From Selenomonadaceae bacterium (GTDB lineage: Bacteria; Bacillota; Negativicutes; Selenomonadales; Selenomonadaceae): DNA of 64,000 bases. The stretch spans positions 4,120 through 68,119 of the forward strand of contig JAXGCE010000011.1 in the NCBI GenBank assembly GCA_034186105.1, written 5' to 3'. How positions within the stretch are numbered: the stretch's first letter is position 1; each line of letters opens with the position of its first letter. Positions 62,242-64,000 of the stretch are shown in pieces. Below the pieces are notes generated by a model, which was not told the DNA's origin, did no database searches, and saw nothing but the letters and a program-made list of their open reading frames with translations. The position numbers were made by a program, and so were the translations under genes.

Positions 62242-64000
62242 ATGAATCGTCATATCGCGGGGCTGGATGCCTTGCGCACGCTCGCCATTGTGGGCGTGAC
62301 GTTCTTTCATATGTTCCCCGAGCAAGTCGTTGGCGGCTATCTCGGCGTTTCGTTGTTTTTCGTGTTGACGGGATACCTCCTCGCCTATACGAGCGTACAG
62401 GGTGTGGCAAAGCAGGGCGTTCTCTGGGTGGTTTCCTACTATGGAAAACGCATCCGACGCATCTATCCAGAGCTCTTGCTCATGCTGCTCGTGACGGTCG
62501 GCGCGTGCCATTTCCTCGCGCCGGACGCCATCGCGGCCGTGCGTCCCGAAGTGCTCTCCGTCCTCGGCGGTTACAACAACTGGTGGCAGATTGCGCAAAA
62601 TGCGGACTATTTCACACGCATTACGAATGCATCGCCGTTCACGCATCTCTGGTTCCTCGGCATCGAGTTGCAGTACTATCTCATCTGGCCGCTCATCTTT
62701 GGCCTGTATCTCGCGTTTCGCGTGCTCTGCGGCGCACGGGCGGCGGCGAGCATCCTGCTCTTCCTCGGTGCGATCAGCGCAGCGCTCATGCCGCTCGGCT
62801 ATGTGCAGGGGATGGACATCACGCGCCTCTACTACGGCACGGACATGCGCATCGATGCCTTGCTGTTTGGCGCGGGCGTCGGCCTCTGGCAGGCAGAGGA
62901 ACGCCGCCGTCGCCGCTACGCAGGCACGTCGTCCATGTTCAATGGTGCGCTGGGCGCGGGCCTCTTCACGTTGCTTGCGGCCGAGACGGCATTCATGTAC
63001 TTTTTGCTCGACGGCCAGAGCCCCTATCTTTATGAAGGCGGCATGTTGCTGATGACTATGGCATTCGTCGGCATGGTCTCCATCCTCGGCGCAGGGGAGT
63101 TCGCACTCGCAGACGTCCTCGAGATAGGCGTTTTCCGCTGGATCGGGCAAAAGAGCTACGGCCTGTTCCTCTGGCAGTATCCCGTCATCTACCTGTTCCA
63201 TGTGCGCGGTTGGGATGCGCTGCCGCTTTACGGCATCCTCGAACTCGCGATCATCGTCGTGCTCGCTATCTGGTCGAGTGCGGCAGCAGACGCCATCACG
63301 CGATTGCGTCTGCCCGTGCGCGGTCGCTTTGCGCTGCCGCGGGCTGCGACGTTCCTTGCGGCTTCGCTCTGTGCCCTCGTCTTTATGGGCTTTGGCTGCC
63401 AGGGCATCGCGCTCTCGGCTTCGTCGAAGGCGCCGGATACGGCACTGCGCGCGCAACTCGCAGCAAATGCAGCTACGCAGCAGGCGGAAAACGAGAAGAG
63501 TGCCAAGGAAGCGGCCGAGCGCGAAGCCGCGAAGAAAGCGGCGGAACGCGCGGCGCAAGAGCAAGAGCGCATGGCGCAAGTCGACCTCTCGGGCGCTGTC
63601 TGCATCGGCGACTCCGTCATGCTCGGTGCGAGCCCTGCGATCCGCCAGGTGCTGCCCGGCTGCTACATCGACGCAGAGGTCTCGCGCTATGTCGGTGGCG
63701 GCTTGGAAGTCACGCAGAGCCTCGCCGCGCAAGGACGCCTCGGCAATATCGTCGTCATCGCACTTGGGACGAACGGCCCGATCGCAGGCGCGGAGCGCTA
63801 CGCCGTGCAGACGAATGAACTGCTCGAATATCTCGGCCCGAACCGCCATATCTTCTGGGTCAATGTCTACTGCCCAAAACTCACATGGCAGCAGACGAAT
63901 AACGACTGCATCCGCGACATGCCCATTGCACATCCGAATGTGACCGTTGTCGACTGGTATCGTCTCGTCAAAGACCACCCTGAGTGGCTGACGAGTGACG
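62242..64000 (+). CDS. Acyltransferase-3 family membrane protein fused to SGNH hydrolase domain (OatA-like O-acetyltransferase), 3'-truncated by window edge
   Basis: I read this frame by hand, and it is absent from the ORF track because no stop occurs in the window. The N-terminus is MNRHIAGLDALRTLAIVGVTFFHMF...SLFFVLTGYLL. The SGNH blocks are CIGDSVMLG and ALGTNG. The frame stays open to base 64000. Confidence 0.85.
   Translation, partial: MNRHIAGLDALRTLAIVGVTFFHMFPEQVVGGYLGVSLFFVLTGYLLAYTSVQGVAKQGVLWVVSYYGKRIRRIYPELLLMLLVTVGACHFLAPDAIAAVRPEVLSVLGGYNNWWQIAQNADYFTRITNASPFTHLWFLGIELQYYLIWPLIFGLYLAFRVLCGARAAASILLFLGAISAALMPLGYVQGMDITRLYYGTDMRIDALLFGAGVGLWQAEERRRRRYAGTSSMFNGALGAGLFTLLAAETAFMYFLLDGQSPYLYEGGMLLMTMAFVGMVSILGAGEFALADVLEIGVFRWIGQKSYGLFLWQYPVIYLFHVRGWDALPLYGILELAIIVVLAIWSSAAADAITRLRLPVRGRFALPRAATFLAASLCALVFMGFGCQGIALSASSKAPDTALRAQLAANAATQQAENEKSAKEAAEREAAKKAAERAAQEQERMAQVDLSGAVCIGDSVMLGASPAIRQVLPGCYIDAEVSRYVGGGLEVTQSLAAQGRLGNIVVIALGTNGPIAGAERYAVQTNELLEYLGPNRHIFWVNVYCPKLTWQQTNNDCIRDMPIAHPNVTVVDWYRLVKDHPEWLTSD

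Overview
This is a 64-kb chromosomal window, GC-rich by eye, with AT-richer patches. I recognised no rRNA, tRNA, CRISPR array, transposase or integrase.

Gene content points to a diderm Firmicute (Negativicutes; Selenomonas-like is only a guess). A classic Bacillota housekeeping backbone runs lepA-hemW | hrcA-grpE-dnaK-dnaJ | prmA-rsmE-mtaB-HIT-rpsU-yqeY | nfeD-floA-yqfB-like. It is interrupted by envelope and motility cargo at three junctions.

- **Junction 1, hemW|hrcA:** a roughly 10-kb LPS-core / O-antigen-ligase module. It holds a PAP2 phosphatase, GT2, VirK/DUF535, GT8, two further glycosyltransferase-like genes, a decayed ATPase/DUF4869 remnant, a WaaL-like ligase, an LtaS-type enzyme and a YjfB-like motility peptide.
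- **Junction 2, dnaJ|prmA:** an orphan flagellin with an unusual repeat-rich central domain.
- **Junction 3, yqeY|nfeD:** a polyprenyl-phosphate sugar transferase.

The 5' end carries a Type III-like Res helicase-nuclease (truncated by the window edge) and a Mod methyltransferase, packed directly against lepA.

The 3' half is the outer-membrane biogenesis supercluster typical of Negativicutes. Its order is mlaE-mlaF-mlaD(long)-tolC-tamB-group-3 sigma-membrane protein-bamA-unknown OMP-like protein-three Skp/OmpH paralogues-lpxD-LpxL-like acyltransferase. It is followed by an AcoR-like enhancer-binding protein, trmB, ftsW/rodA and a 3'-truncated OatA-like acyltransferase.

I could not identify one clear-cut new system. 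The best candidates for follow-up are:
- a small two-hairpin repeat family with one copy translated in-frame inside hemW and two copies bracketing the LPS module;
- the uncharacterised proteins beside bamA (an OMP-like 433-aa protein and an inner-membrane-anchored extended Skp-like protein);
- MlaD with a beta-rich C-terminal domain;
- a chemoreceptor with a C-terminal PhnD-like binding domain;
- an AT-rich target-recognition-domain patch in the mod gene;
- an enhancer-binding protein lacking GAFTGA.

All family assignments come from reading motifs in the translations. No database search was run.
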